Positions 21,123-32,092 are shown, counted from the first letter of the stretch. The stretch is DNA of 64,000 nt from an uncultured Chloroflexia bacterium (GCA_963765765.1 CAVXYC010000015.1:224001-288000), one strand, 5' to 3'. The notes: generated from the letters alone by a model not told the origin. Translations and numbers: made by a program.

Positions 21123-21929
21123 GTGGATTACATGGCCCGGGCGATTATGCTCGCCATGCGCGCAAAGGGAATTTGTAAGCCGAACCCTGCTGTCGGCGCT
21201 GTTGTCGTGCGCGACGGTCAGATCGTTGGCCAGGGGTTCACTCAGCCAGCCGGCCATGCGCACGCCGAGATTGGCGCGCTCAGGGAAGCTGGAGACCTGG
21301 CTCGAGACGCGGCGCTGTACGTCACGCTGGAGCCCTGCTCCCATCACGGTCGCACTGGTCCTTGCACCGACGCCATCGTCGCGGCCGGCGTTGGCGAAGT
21401 CCACGCGGCGATGATCGACCCTAGCCCGTGGGTCAACGGCCGTGGACTCGGCATACTCAAAGCGGCGGGAATCCAGGTCACCGTTGGCGAAGGTGCTGGA
21501 GCGGCCAGGGAGCTCAACCAAGGCTATTTCACCTGGGTCGAGCGCGGGCGTCCCCTCGTCACTGGAATTTACGACGGTCCTTCGGAGCGGGCACATGCGC
21601 TCGCTGAGGATCGGCACCTGCAGGTCATCGTTGCCGACACGCTTGAGTTGCTCAGTGATGAAGCAGATCGCCTGGTTCTGGATCGATCCGAGTCAGTAGC
21701 CGACACGACGAGCTGGGTGCGCGCACTCGAGTCGCTGGCGGGTCAGAATATCCAGCACGTTATCGTGGACACCGGGGCTGACACGCTCGAAGCGCTCATG
21801 AATCAGGGACTTGTAGACCGTATTGTGCTGCTTCCGCGCCTGAGTGCCGAAGACTCGTATGACGAGCCAGGAGAGGTTCTGGCGGCAATCACATTGAACG
21901 GCTTGGTGGCATGTTCAGCGGCATCGTAG
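21123..21929 (+). CDS. ribD: RibD: intact pyrimidine deaminase domain, degenerate reductase domain
   Basis: PNPAVGAVV, HAE, VTLEPCSHHGRTGPC; C-terminal half shortened; GTG start after GGAGG. Confidence 0.88.
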   Translation: MDYMARAIMLAMRAKGICKPNPAVGAVVVRDGQIVGQGFTQPAGHAHAEIGALREAGDLARDAALYVTLEPCSHHGRTGPCTDAIVAAGVGEVHAAMIDPSPWVNGRGLGILKAAGIQVTVGEGAGAARELNQGYFTWVERGRPLVTGIYDGPSERAHALAEDRHLQVIVADTLELLSDEADRLVLDRSESVADTTSWVRALESLAGQNIQHVIVDTGADTLEALMNQGLVDRIVLLPRLSAEDSYDEPGEVLAAITLNGLVACSAAS

Positions 21930-22516
21930 AGACCACGGGCTGCCTGCGTGACATTCGTGAGGACGTCGCCGGAGTGACATTTGTCATTGAAGCCCCGTCA
22001 ATCCTGGATGATTTAAATCTGGGTGACAGCGTAAGTGTTGATGGGGTGTGTCTGACTGCCACCGAGCTGACCGTTGACCGATTCGCGGTGGGCGTTTCAC
22101 CGGAGACATTACGCCGCAGCAATCTGGGTGACCGGCGCGTCGGCGATGCTCTCAATCTTGAGCGAGCGGTACTGGTGGGTGCCCGGATCGGCGGTCATTA
22201 CGTCCAGGGACACGTGGATCAAATTGGGATGATTCGTGAACGCACAAATGACGGTCCGGCGCTCAACCTCGTTATCTCCGTGGACCCGATTCTGCTTCCC
22301 TACATCGTTGAAAAAGGATTCATTGCCATCGATGGCATCAGTTTGACGGTTACTGCCCGCGGATCGGACTGGTTCTCGATCATGCTTATTCCGTTCACGC
22401 AGCAGGCGGTCACACTCGCATCTAAGCCGGTTGGCGCGAGCGTCAACCTTGAGGTTGACGTAATGGCGAAATACGTTGAAAGCCTGTTGGAGGGACGATT
22501 TGACCGAAAAAACTAA
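21911..22516 (+). CDS. ribE: Riboflavin synthase (alpha chain)
   Basis: [36 protein letters not shown]. Confidence 0.95.
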   Translation: MFSGIVETTGCLRDIREDVAGVTFVIEAPSILDDLNLGDSVSVDGVCLTATELTVDRFAVGVSPETLRRSNLGDRRVGDALNLERAVLVGARIGGHYVQGHVDQIGMIRERTNDGPALNLVISVDPILLPYIVEKGFIAIDGISLTVTARGSDWFSIMLIPFTQQAVTLASKPVGASVNLEVDVMAKYVESLLEGRFDRKN

Positions 22517-23747
22517 CGGCACACGACCAGCGTCAGAACTGGAGTCCCCCCTGGCTACTATCGAGCAGGCCATCGAGGATTTCCAGGCCGGGAAATTTGT
22601 GATTATCGTGGACGACGAGGATCGCGAAAACGAGGGCGATCTCGCGATCGCTGCCGAGTTCTGCACGTCTGATGCGATCAACTTTATGGCGCGCCACGGC
22701 TGCGGGCTTATCTGTATGCCTATCGTCGGTGAGCGGCTGGATGCACTCCAGATTCCTCTCATGGTTTCGTCCGAGGGTCCGAACAAATCAACCGCCTTCA
22801 CCGTGACCGTCGATGCGCGCAAGGGCATCACCACTGGAATCTCCGCTGATGATCGAGCTGTCACGGTCCAGGCGCTGATTGATCCTCAGGCAACACCGGA
22901 TGACTTTCTGCGTCCAGGACACATGTTTCCGCTTCGGTACACGGAGGGAGGCGTGCTACGCCGCACGGGGCACACCGAGGCATCTGTAGATCTCGCCAAG
23001 TTAGCAGGACTCTATCCAGCCGCGGTCATCTGCGAAGTGATGAACGAAAACGGTAGCATGGCGCGGTTTCCACACCTGGCCGAGTTCGCTCGTCAGCACG
23101 CGATCACGATGGTCAACGTGGCCCAGCTCGTGGAGTATCGGCGACGCACTGAAGCTCAGGTTGAGCGCGTCGCCGATGCGGAGCTCCCAACTGAGTTTGG
23201 TGATTTCCGTTGCGTCGCATACCGCTCGATCGACAGCGGTGACGAGCACATCGCGCTCATTAAGGGTGACCCTTCAAAGGAGGACGCTCCCCTGGTGCGC
23301 ATTCACTCCGAATGCCTCACAGGCGATGTGTTCCGTTCTAAGCGATGTGATTGCGGAGACCAGCTCCATGCGGCCATGCAGATGATCAACGACGCAGGCT
23401 CCGGGGTGGTGGTGTACCTAAGAGCGCACGAAGGTCGGGGAATCGGACTGGTCAACAAGATTCGGGCCTACAAGCTCCAGGAATCGGGCATGGATACCGT
23501 CGAGGCCAATCTTCATCTCGGATTTCCCGCGGACGCACGCGATTTCGGCATTGGGGCGTCAATTCTTGCCGATCTGGGCGTTCGTCGAGCGCGCCTTTTG
23601 ACCAACAATCCCAAGAAGCGCAATTCGGTTGAAGGCCCCAGCCTTGAAATCGTGGAGCGCGTGTCGCTTATCACTGCACGCAATGGCCACAATGAGCGAT
23701 ATCTCCGTAGTAAGCAGGAGAAGCTCGGCCATCTTCTCGAGGTCTGA
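22500..23747 (+). CDS. ribBA: Bifunctional DHBP synthase / GTP cyclohydrolase II
   Basis: [52 protein letters not shown]. Confidence 0.96.
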   Translation: MTEKTNGTRPASELESPLATIEQAIEDFQAGKFVIIVDDEDRENEGDLAIAAEFCTSDAINFMARHGCGLICMPIVGERLDALQIPLMVSSEGPNKSTAFTVTVDARKGITTGISADDRAVTVQALIDPQATPDDFLRPGHMFPLRYTEGGVLRRTGHTEASVDLAKLAGLYPAAVICEVMNENGSMARFPHLAEFARQHAITMVNVAQLVEYRRRTEAQVERVADAELPTEFGDFRCVAYRSIDSGDEHIALIKGDPSKEDAPLVRIHSECLTGDVFRSKRCDCGDQLHAAMQMINDAGSGVVVYLRAHEGRGIGLVNKIRAYKLQESGMDTVEANLHLGFPADARDFGIGASILADLGVRRARLLTNNPKKRNSVEGPSLEIVERVSLITARNGHNERYLRSKQEKLGHLLEV

Positions 23748-23750
23748 AGC

Positions 23751-24235
23751 ATGGGCCGCGTGTTTGAAGGGGATCTCGTCGCTCGGAGCGGACGCTTCGG
23801 CATTGTTGTAGCGCGCTTCAATGAAGCAATCACGACGGCACTTCTAGACGGAGCGCGCGCTGGACTGGTTCGGCACGGTGTGTCCGAAGAATCAATCGAC
23901 GTTGCCTGGGTCCCGGGCTCGCTCGAGATTCCACTCGCGGCCTCACGACTCGCGCTGCGAGGAGACTACGCCGCTGTGATCTGCCTTGGCGCAATCATAC
24001 GTGGTGAGACTGCGCATTTTGACTACGTCGCCGCGGGCGCCGCTCAGGGAATCAATCGTGTTGCGCTTGATACAGGTGTACCCATGATCTTCGGTGTCCT
24101 GACGACGGACACGGTGGAGCAGGCCTCTGCTCGAGCCGGTGGAAGCTGGGCAACAAAGGCTACGAGGCTGCTGAGACCGCACTGGAGATGTGCAACTTGC
24201 TTCGCTCCCTGGCGCCGCAGCCCGTCCAGGCCTGA
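23751..24235 (+). CDS. ribH: 6,7-dimethyl-8-ribityllumazine synthase; frameshift near 24143
   Basis: [29 protein letters not shown]; C-terminal [15 protein letters not shown] is in another frame. Confidence 0.93.
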
Positions 24236-24355
24236 TTCGGACAGCGGTAAGCTAACTTAGGTCTTGTCCGGCCACGTCCTCGGCATGACAGTGATGACCT
24301 GATACCAGCTATGTTGATGGATCCGAGGGTGAGCACGGGGATGCATAGCGGATTC

Positions 24356-24980
24356 TCACCCCTGCTCCACCCTTTCTCCAAGCCGACGTTCCGACCCTGA
24401 CGCAATTCTGGCGATGTTGTCTCGATGGCTCACGATGATGAATGCCGCCGCCGCGGCCCCGTAGAGTAGATACGGCGTCGGCTCGATACCGGTCAGCGCG
24501 AGGATGCACAACACAACGCCGCCGGTCGCTGCGCCAACAATGGACCCCAGCGAGACATAACGGGTCAGCAGAATCATTACGGCGCCTATGGCAACGGCAA
24601 TCGCGGCTGCCGCGGGGGAAATGATAGCCAGGGCTCCAAGTGCAGGGGTGACCCCGCGTCCACCTCGGAAGCCGATGAAGATTGAGTAGCTGTGGCCGAC
24701 GATCGCCGCGATGGCAGCCAGCGATGCCGCCAGGGGATCCCCGTTAGTCAGAACCCCGGACACCAGAACGGCGATGATTCCCTTGAGCGCGTCGCCGATA
24801 AAAACTATCGCCGCGGCTCCTGGCCCCAGCGTGCGAAGTACGTTGGTGGCACCGGTTCTCTGACTGCCGACTCGCGTGATGTCCACGTTTTTGTACACTC
24901 GCGCAACGACGAGGCCGGTGGGGAATGGAGCCGAGCAGGTACCCAATCACGGCCGACACAATTACGAGGACAATGGACAT
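24356..24980 (-). CDS. plsY: Glycerol-3-phosphate acyltransferase PlsY; frameshift at G-run 24920-24923
   Basis: YLLGSIP, GATNVLR, GH.YSIF..FRGGRGV, TRYVSLGS, HRDNIARI. Confidence 0.93.
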
Positions 24981-25042
24981 GGTCAACGCTCCACGAGCGG
25001 GCGCATTATAACGCAGTGATCCATTGAGGGAGCTTCTGGTTC

Positions 25043-26035
25043 ATGGCAAGAGTCGCGGTCATCAATGCCGGCGGCTGGGGGACGGCGCTGGCAATCTCGT
25101 TGGCCACCAGCGGGCACGACACGCGACTCTGGGCGCGCCGTGAAGGGCAGGCACTGGACCTCCGAGCTCACCGCCAGAATCGTGCCTACCTTCCAGGCGT
25201 TGCTATTCCGGATTCTGTCACGATCACGTCCGGGCTCGAGCAGGCGCTCGATCGTGCCGACCTTGTGCTCGTCGTGCCAGTGTCTCGATTTTTGCCTGAT
25301 TTAGCGACACAGCTAGCGCCGCTCATTCGCCCCGGCACGCCGGTCATACACGGCACCAAGGGGTTGGACGCCAGCACGCTCCAGCGTCCGTCTGAGATCA
25401 TGACGCAATCGCTCCAGGGCGCTTGTCCGGTTGGCATGCTCTCAGGACCCACGCATGCCGAAGAGGTTGGTCGAGGCATCCCTACCGCGGCCGTGGTGGC
25501 ATGCGAGGACCCGGAGGTCGCGGCGGTGGGCCAGGCGATCCTCAATAGCGATCGGTTCCGTGTTTACACCAACACCGATCTTCTAGGCGTGGAGATGTGC
25601 GCGGCGCTCAAGAATGTCTACGCCATCGCTGCCGGTGGCATTGATGGCCTGGGATATGGCGACAACGCTAAGGCGGCGCTGATAACGCGATGCATCGCTG
25701 AGCTGAACCGTCTCGTTGTTGCTATGGGCGGTAAGGCTAGTACCGTGGCGGGTTTGGCTGGCCTGGGCGATCTGGTGGCCACGTGCACCAGCCGTCACAG
25801 TCGAAATCGCCGTGCCGGTGAACAGCTTGGCCATGGCGTAAGCATGCAAGAGATTCTGATGACGACAGACCAGGCGGTTGAAGGCGTGTTTGCCGCCCGC
25901 GCTGTGAAGTTACTCACCGAACGGCTAGGCGTGGAGATGCCGGTGGCTAAAGAGGTGCACGCGGTCCTCTATCTAGGGAAGTCACCACGTGAGGTTATCA
26001 ATCAGCTTATGGCGCGAGCAGCCACTCAGGAGTAA
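25043..26035 (+). CDS. gpsA: NAD(P)H-dependent glycerol-3-phosphate dehydrogenase
   Basis: AGGWGTALA, TKG, LSGPTHAEEV, ALKNV, GLGDLVATCTS.HSRN. Confidence 0.96.
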   Translation: MARVAVINAGGWGTALAISLATSGHDTRLWARREGQALDLRAHRQNRAYLPGVAIPDSVTITSGLEQALDRADLVLVVPVSRFLPDLATQLAPLIRPGTPVIHGTKGLDASTLQRPSEIMTQSLQGACPVGMLSGPTHAEEVGRGIPTAAVVACEDPEVAAVGQAILNSDRFRVYTNTDLLGVEMCAALKNVYAIAAGGIDGLGYGDNAKAALITRCIAELNRLVVAMGGKASTVAGLAGLGDLVATCTSRHSRNRRAGEQLGHGVSMQEILMTTDQAVEGVFAARAVKLLTERLGVEMPVAKEVHAVLYLGKSPREVINQLMARAATQE

Positions 26036-26056
26036 CCTGCTCCCTGCTAGAGACCC

Positions 26057-27046
26057 TCAGTCGTGGGTGAAGATCTTACGTACGAGACTCAGTCCGTCGC
26101 GGCGGATGCTCTCGATAACCTCAGGTGACGGACGTCGCCCCTCACGATAGTAATAGTGGGCCATCTGGCCCACGACGTACGTGCCAACGTACGCCACAAA
26201 CGTCTTGGGAACGGCACTGAGCGCACCTGGCAGTAGCGTGACCAGAGTCCGAGCGGCGGTGCGCCAGAGAAACGCTCCGCCCACGACGGGAGCGATCTCA
26301 AGCAACACGGCCGTCCGATTCGAGAGATCGCGTCCGTAGATTCCGGCGATTCGGAAGGTGAGGGTAACCTGATTCTTCGTCAGTATGAAAAGATCAGCAA
26401 CGCTCGAGACGATCCCGCCAACCACCGGAATCAATGACGGCAAACTAGAGAAAAGCGCGAATTCGCCATTCACCTTGCTGGAATCTCGAACGATGTCCTC
26501 CACGAGCCGAGCACGAAGCGGAGCGAATCGGAAAGCGAGGGGCGCAAGCTTGTGTCGATCAAGGGTAGCCAGTGCGTCACCGAGTCGGTGCAGCAGCTCT
26601 CCGGTGCGAGCCAGGCTGGCGGTCACTTGCCGCTTTTGGGGAATGTCAAGCTGCCATTGTGACGCCAACGGGCTGGACCAGCCGCTGCCCGTGTTCGGCT
26701 GCAGCATGACGATGATTGTAGGAACGGCATAAGCATGGAGCGCCGCGAGGAGGTTCAGATCGGTGGAGCCCGGCTCTTGTGCCGCCGGCACGACCAGGAG
26801 AGCCACGTCGAGCCCTGGCGGAATAATCGGACGTGCACCCTCGGCGAGTTCGAGCAACTCGAGAGTGCCGATTGCTTGCAGCAGCTCCGGCGAGCCGAAT
26901 GCCGTGCGCGTGAGCTCGCGGTTACTCATGTCGTCCCGACCGGCCACGAGAACCCGAATCGGCTGTGTGACTTCTCGCTCAATGGTGTTGAAATCGAGCT
27001 CGCGGGCCGCATCGATGACGTCGCGGCCGACCTGAACAATGCTCAT
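26057..27046 (-). CDS. Conserved hypothetical protein with C-terminal DUF697-like membrane region
   Basis: Long ORF; DLFILTKNQV..FRIAGIYG and YVGTYVVG resemble DUF697/YcjF-like C-termini. Confidence 0.6.
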   Translation of the reverse strand: MSIVQVGRDVIDAARELDFNTIEREVTQPIRVLVAGRDDMSNRELTRTAFGSPELLQAIGTLELLELAEGARPIIPPGLDVALLVVPAAQEPGSTDLNLLAALHAYAVPTIIVMLQPNTGSGWSSPLASQWQLDIPQKRQVTASLARTGELLHRLGDALATLDRHKLAPLAFRFAPLRARLVEDIVRDSSKVNGEFALFSSLPSLIPVVGGIVSSVADLFILTKNQVTLTFRIAGIYGRDLSNRTAVLLEIAPVVGGAFLWRTAARTLVTLLPGALSAVPKTFVAYVGTYVVGQMAHYYYREGRRPSPEVIESIRRDGLSLVRKIFTHD

Positions 27047-27171
27047 GTGTAGATTGTACCCAGGCCGGGCGACGTATGGTCGTTCGATAACGTACCGCTG
27101 GCGGATCGTTGACACTGCCGTGGAGCCAACGCTACACTGCTTGACGTCCGACGAGCAGGTCAAAAAAGGCT

Positions 27172-27487
27172 GTGGAGCGGTTCGTTCTCAGGACGATACC
27201 TAGCGCGGTTTCAGTGCTCGCTGCCGGGACGATATTCCACGGTGGATTGCCGTAAGCTCGACTGAGTCAGTTCTCATTTTGCGCTCGTCCTGGGCGTTAT
27301 TAAGGCTGTCGTCCGGCCCATACTTCTCATCCTAGCGATACCTTTCAACTTACTAACCCGTGCTCTATTCACGATCGTCAACAACGTCAGCATGTTGTGG
27401 CAACCTACTCTACTATCCGCGGGCGTTCAGATCGAGGGCTTCACGGGAGCTCTGATTGGCTCTATCTCCGTTACCGTGGTGAGCTAA
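27172..27487 (+). pseudogene. Degenerate YvlD/DUF360 (Phage_holin_4_2) membrane protein, absent from the ORF track
   Basis: Manual translation across two frameshifts: MERFVLRT...; FALVLGVIKAVVRPILLILAIPFNLLTRALFTIVNNVSMLW...VQIEGFTGALIGSISVTVVS*. Confidence 0.7.
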
Positions 27488-27523
27488 GTTGACAGTAATC
27501 TGGCACGGTAGCGGGCACGACTG

Positions 27524-28840
27524 ATGCTGCATCGCGTATTCCAGGCGTTTCGCCTGTTGCTCACGCCTGGCCTCGAGCTCAAGAGGTGGATACTCTTATT
27601 CACCCTGGGGCTGGTGATCCTGAGCCTCGGCCTGGCATATCTCTTCGTTTCGCTCTATCGCACGGTCGACGTGCCGGAGGTGGGCGCAACTCTGACGTTG
27701 CAATTCATCCCACGCTGGCTTCGCGGTGTAATCTTCATCACCTGCGGCGTGCTGGTCGCGCTCGTAGGGTTCTGGAAACTGAACAAGTCGATGCTCGACG
27801 CTATGCGTCCCAACGGAAGCCAGAGTCTGGTTGATACGCTGGTCAGCTATCGCATGCGTCAGCGCGGACCCAAGGTCGTCGCTATTGGCGGCGGTACTGG
27901 ACTCTCAACCTTATTGCGTGGCATCAAGTCGCGCACAGCAAATGCAACGGCCATCGTGACCGTGGCGGACGATGGTGGCTCATCGGGACGCCTCCGTCGC
28001 GAGCTGGGCGTGCTTCCGCCGGGCGACTTTCGCAACTGCATCGTTGCTCTCGCAGACGCGGAGCCGCTCATGTCACGTCTCTTTCAGTACCGCTTCGGTC
28101 AGGGCTCCGGGCTTGACGGTCATAGCTTTGGGAATCTCTTCATCGTGGCCATGTCCGGTATCACCGGTAATTTTGAGGAAGCCATTCGTGAGTCATGCCG
28201 CGTCCTGGCGGTCCGTGGTCAAATCATCCCGAGCACGCTCGAAAACGTCACCCTCTGTGCTGAGCTAGTGGACGATGTTCACGTGCAGGGAGAGTCCAAG
28301 ATCTCGGAGAGCACTCAGGCCATCAAGCGCGTGTACCTCATTCCCGAACGCCCTGATGCATTTCCAGACGCGGTTAAGTCGATCCTGGACGCTGACATTG
28401 TCATCGTTGGTCCTGGGAGCCTCTATACCAGCGTGCTGCCGAATCTGCTGGTGGACGGTGTGAAGAAGGCCATTCTGTCCACCGACGCCACCAAGGTGTA
28501 CGTGTGCAACGTGGCGACACAGCGTGGTGAGACGGACGGTTTCCAGGCGGAAGACCACGTGGCCGCCCTGGTGCGGCATTTCGGTCGTAACCCGTTTGAC
28601 TACATCGTGGTTAACAGCGCCCGTCATCGAGAGATTCCATCGGAATGGCGCGTCTCCGAAGTCTCAGCGCACGGGTTCGATGGCCTCGGATCGCAGGTCA
28701 TCGAGGCCGATGTTATCGATCCGAATAATCCGCTCAGACATGACCCTGAGAAGCTCGCCGCGGCACTATTGTCGCTCGCGCACCCCGGAGCTGAGCCTTA
28801 CGCCAACGGCGTTTCAGTAGTTGGAAGCTCAAAGGACTAG
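27524..28840 (+). CDS. yvcK: YvcK/GlmR-family protein with N-terminal membrane extension
   Basis: IGGGTGLS, VADDGGSSG, PPGDFRN, GHSFGNL, GPGSLYTS, RHDP. Confidence 0.93.
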   Translation: MLHRVFQAFRLLLTPGLELKRWILLFTLGLVILSLGLAYLFVSLYRTVDVPEVGATLTLQFIPRWLRGVIFITCGVLVALVGFWKLNKSMLDAMRPNGSQSLVDTLVSYRMRQRGPKVVAIGGGTGLSTLLRGIKSRTANATAIVTVADDGGSSGRLRRELGVLPPGDFRNCIVALADAEPLMSRLFQYRFGQGSGLDGHSFGNLFIVAMSGITGNFEEAIRESCRVLAVRGQIIPSTLENVTLCAELVDDVHVQGESKISESTQAIKRVYLIPERPDAFPDAVKSILDADIVIVGPGSLYTSVLPNLLVDGVKKAILSTDATKVYVCNVATQRGETDGFQAEDHVAALVRHFGRNPFDYIVVNSARHREIPSEWRVSEVSAHGFDGLGSQVIEADVIDPNNPLRHDPEKLAAALLSLAHPGAEPYANGVSVVGSSKD

Positions 28841-28887
28841 CGCACGACTGTGTTAGACTTCCATCGCTAGGAACAATCGAAGTAACT

Positions 28888-29106
28888 ATGGCCACGTACC
28901 TTCACATCGTTCAGATTCTGATCTCGCTTGTGCTCATCACGTTAGTGCTTTTGCAGACGCGCGGATCCAGCTTTTCAGCCACATTCACGTCGGACAGCTC
29001 CATCTACCACAGCCGCCGTGGTGTCGAGCGAACGCTCTTTCATTTCACCATTGGGGTGGCAATCTTCTTCGTGCTGATCTCGATCGTGAGCGCGTTGGCG
29101 ACGTAG
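28888..29106 (+). CDS. secG: Preprotein translocase subunit SecG
   Basis: Two TM helices, VLLQ, RRGVERTL. Confidence 0.88.
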   Translation: MATYLHIVQILISLVLITLVLLQTRGSSFSATFTSDSSIYHSRRGVERTLFHFTIGVAIFFVLISIVSALAT

Positions 29107-29245
29107 TTCCAGACCGCTAAGTTTCGGCAGTCATCAAGGCCATGGCAGCTCAGTCGTGGCCTGATTCATTTAGCGAGCCTGGAGAGGGCGCTCCGCGCCC
29201 ATTTGCTCCACTGCGCATTTCGCAATGCAGTGTAGAATCGGCGAC

Positions 29246-29791
29246 ATGGTGGCCTGGCTGCGGGGTAATTGGTCCGGCCTGAGCGTCGGTTTGATGATTG
29301 CTGCGCTCGTGTTGATTGCTTCCTGGTTCTGGCGTGCTCCGCCAACACCGGTGACCGTCATCGTTCCTACACTGGCGCCAAGTCCCACTGCCAGTGTCAC
29401 CGTCCAGGTCGCCGGTGCTGTGCGAGAGCCTGGCGTTTACGTGATGCCATCGAGCGCACGCGTCACTGATGCGCTCCAGCGGGCGGGCGGAGTGGCGGAA
29501 GGTGGCGATCCCAGCTCATTCAATTTGGCAGCCCGGGTCGCGGATGGACAGCGCATCATGGTGCCTCTTGCCGGTGAAGCCCGGGCAAGCATGCCGGGTA
29601 GGATCGATCTAAACAGGGCGAGCCGCCCCGAGCTCGAATCACTTCCAGGAATCGGACCCGCAACCGCCCAGCGCATTCTCGAGCTGCGTGAGCGCAGCGG
29701 TCCGATACGATCTCTGGACCAGTTGCGCGAGCTCAGAATCATTCCGAACCAAACGGCTGAGCGACTTCGTGAGCTCGTGACCGTGGACTAA
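29246..29791 (+). CDS. comEA: Competence DNA-binding protein ComEA
   Basis: TM anchor, SLBB domain VAGAVREPGVY, HhH IDLNRAS..ELESLPGIGP. Confidence 0.9.
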   Translation: MVAWLRGNWSGLSVGLMIAALVLIASWFWRAPPTPVTVIVPTLAPSPTASVTVQVAGAVREPGVYVMPSSARVTDALQRAGGVAEGGDPSSFNLAARVADGQRIMVPLAGEARASMPGRIDLNRASRPELESLPGIGPATAQRILELRERSGPIRSLDQLRELRIIPNQTAERLRELVTVD

Positions 29792-29821
29792 CGGCGCGTG
29801 ACTTCCGCGGGATAGACGTCC

Positions 29822-32092
29822 GTGCTTCTATTTGCACTGACAGTCGGTGTGCTGGCCGGCACCGCTCTGGGGCTTCTTGTCGCGCTACCGTTGCCCAGTC
29901 TCGGTGCCGTGGGACTAGCGATCTCGCTCATCACGTGCGGGCTGATAGTAGGCTGGCGCCATCCGCCGGTGCGGTGGGCCGGAGTCTTACTTCTGACGGC
30001 TTTGATCACCGGGATTCGCGTGCAGATGGACCGCGCCCAGATAGACGCTTCTACACTGCCGTCCGACACTCGAGCCATGCGAGGAACCGTGGCTGACGTT
30101 CCCCACTCAGTTGGCCGAGCGGCCGCGTTTGTGTTGGATGTCGAGGGAACGATGTCCAGCGACCAATGGGAGAACCGCCCCGGACGCATCGAGGCGAGGA
30201 CCTTTGGCTGGGTCCCTGCAGAGGGTGATCGCGTGGAGATTACCGGCGAGCCCCGACTCCTGGTGGACCAGCCCGGTGCTCCGCGCGCCACAATCTTGCG
30301 TCGGCAGCGCGTAACGCAAGATGTACAGGTTGAACGTTTGCAGCTCCTAAGTGGGGCTCCAAGCAGGCCAGGCGGATTCAACCCTCGCGATATCCGCGTA
30401 TGGATGGAGCAACGTCTCTATGAACACCTCAATGCTCCGCAGGCAGCGCTCACTGCCGGGTTGTTGCTCGGAAGCCGCTCAGATCTTTCGCCTGAGTTAA
30501 GGACGCAGTTCTCCAGGACGGGCACCAGTCATATTGTGGCGGTCTCGGGCTTCAATGTCGTGATAGTGGCCGGCTTCATTACCGTAGCAGCGCGCCACTT
30601 CCTTGGTGTCCGCGGGAGTGCACTGGTGGCCATGCTCGCGGTAGTGGGCTATACCTTGATCGTCGGTGCACCAGCTTCTGCTGTGCGAGCTGCCATCATG
30701 GCCGGTGTCGTCCTCACTGCCAGGATCGTCGGCAGGCCCACCGACTCGATGAACAGTTTGCTGGTAGCGGGCGCCAGTATGGCTCTGCTGGAGCCACTCG
30801 TTCTTCAGGACCTTGGGTTCCAGCTCTCGATGCTGGCGACGGCCGGGCTCATCTTGCTTGTTCCCGCGGTGCCGATTGGTCGCGGCTGGCGGCGGGAGCT
30901 GTTCGGTCTAGTTATGACGCCATTGGCTGCTCAGCTCGCGACTCTGCCGCTGGTTCTGCATACATTCCATTCTCTGTCGCTCATTTCGCTTCTGGCGAAC
31001 GTCCTGGTGGCTCCGCTTGTTCCGATCGCAATGGCTGCTGGTACTACCCTCATTGTGACCTCCGGAGTGGAGCTCGTGGCCGTACCTGTAGCCTGGTTGA
31101 CCTGGCTGGCGTGCACGGCTGTCATCGAGGTGGTGCGTTTTTGTGCCAGTCTTCCCGGGGCCTGGCTTGCCACTGGAGCATTTCCAGTGATGGCAATGCT
31201 CAGCTGCTATGCAGTTCTTCTGCTCTGGGTGATTGTGCATTCCCCGGAGCTTCGACATGCGGAACGGATGCGCCCCTGGCTCCGTGCTGCCATTCCCACC
31301 ACTCTCGCATTGACCATCGTTAATCTAACTGTCCCAGCGCGAGCTTCAAACGAGCTCATGGGGGAGATGCTGAACGTCGGCAATGTCATGATGGCCACCT
31401 CACCATCGGGAAAGATGCTTGTTGTGGGGACCGACATATCACCCACAGTGCTCACGGCTGCGCTTGCAGAGAGACTGCCATTCTGGAAGCGAACGGTCGA
31501 CGTAGTGGTCCTCAGCGAGGATTCGCCGGCTGCCTGGCGGGGCCTAGAGGCTATCGCGTCGCAATACCAGGTGGAGGTTCTCGTTACGGGAGGCGGCTCG
31601 GTCTCGGAGCTCCCGGTCGGCGTGACCCGCGTGGTCGAGGCGGTTGACGGCAGTCGATTGGATCTAGGCGACGAAACAGTCCTGAAGATTCTTCCACACA
31701 CAGTTGACAATCGAAGTCGCAACCGCTTGGTGCCGTTTACCCTCGCTTTTGGTCTCACTGGAGTGGAATTTCCGGCCAGCGATTCGACGGCAATCTCGTC
31801 CACCCCTCGTGGATGGCTGACGGTGGTCCGCGACTCTTCGTCAGCAGCCGATGCGCGCGGCCTCGCCACAACGCGGATACGCTGGGATAAGGCAGCGGAT
31901 CGATCTACGATGAATGGCGGCGTGGACCTCATTCCTCGGAACGACGGGCCTATCAGCTTCAAGTCAGACGGTCAACGCATTACGGTCAACTGGATCGGGT
32001 GTGAGGCATCAAGCTCGGTGTGCTCGTTGGTTATCGGCGACGAGCAGCCAATCTCCGAAAAAGCGGCCGACCCGGTTGAGTCCGATAAGTAG
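29822..32092 (+). CDS. comEC: ComEC/Rec2 competence channel
   Basis: GTSHIVAVSGFNV, ASAVRAAIM, DLGFQLS; follows comEA. Confidence 0.9.
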   Translation: MLLFALTVGVLAGTALGLLVALPLPSLGAVGLAISLITCGLIVGWRHPPVRWAGVLLLTALITGIRVQMDRAQIDASTLPSDTRAMRGTVADVPHSVGRAAAFVLDVEGTMSSDQWENRPGRIEARTFGWVPAEGDRVEITGEPRLLVDQPGAPRATILRRQRVTQDVQVERLQLLSGAPSRPGGFNPRDIRVWMEQRLYEHLNAPQAALTAGLLLGSRSDLSPELRTQFSRTGTSHIVAVSGFNVVIVAGFITVAARHFLGVRGSALVAMLAVVGYTLIVGAPASAVRAAIMAGVVLTARIVGRPTDSMNSLLVAGASMALLEPLVLQDLGFQLSMLATAGLILLVPAVPIGRGWRRELFGLVMTPLAAQLATLPLVLHTFHSLSLISLLANVLVAPLVPIAMAAGTTLIVTSGVELVAVPVAWLTWLACTAVIEVVRFCASLPGAWLATGAFPVMAMLSCYAVLLLWVIVHSPELRHAERMRPWLRAAIPTTLALTIVNLTVPARASNELMGEMLNVGNVMMATSPSGKMLVVGTDISPTVLTAALAERLPFWKRTVDVVVLSEDSPAAWRGLEAIASQYQVEVLVTGGGSVSELPVGVTRVVEAVDGSRLDLGDETVLKILPHTVDNRSRNRLVPFTLAFGLTGVEFPASDSTAISSTPRGWLTVVRDSSSAADARGLATTRIRWDKAADRSTMNGGVDLIPRNDGPISFKSDGQRITVNWIGCEASSSVCSLVIGDEQPISEKAADPVESDK

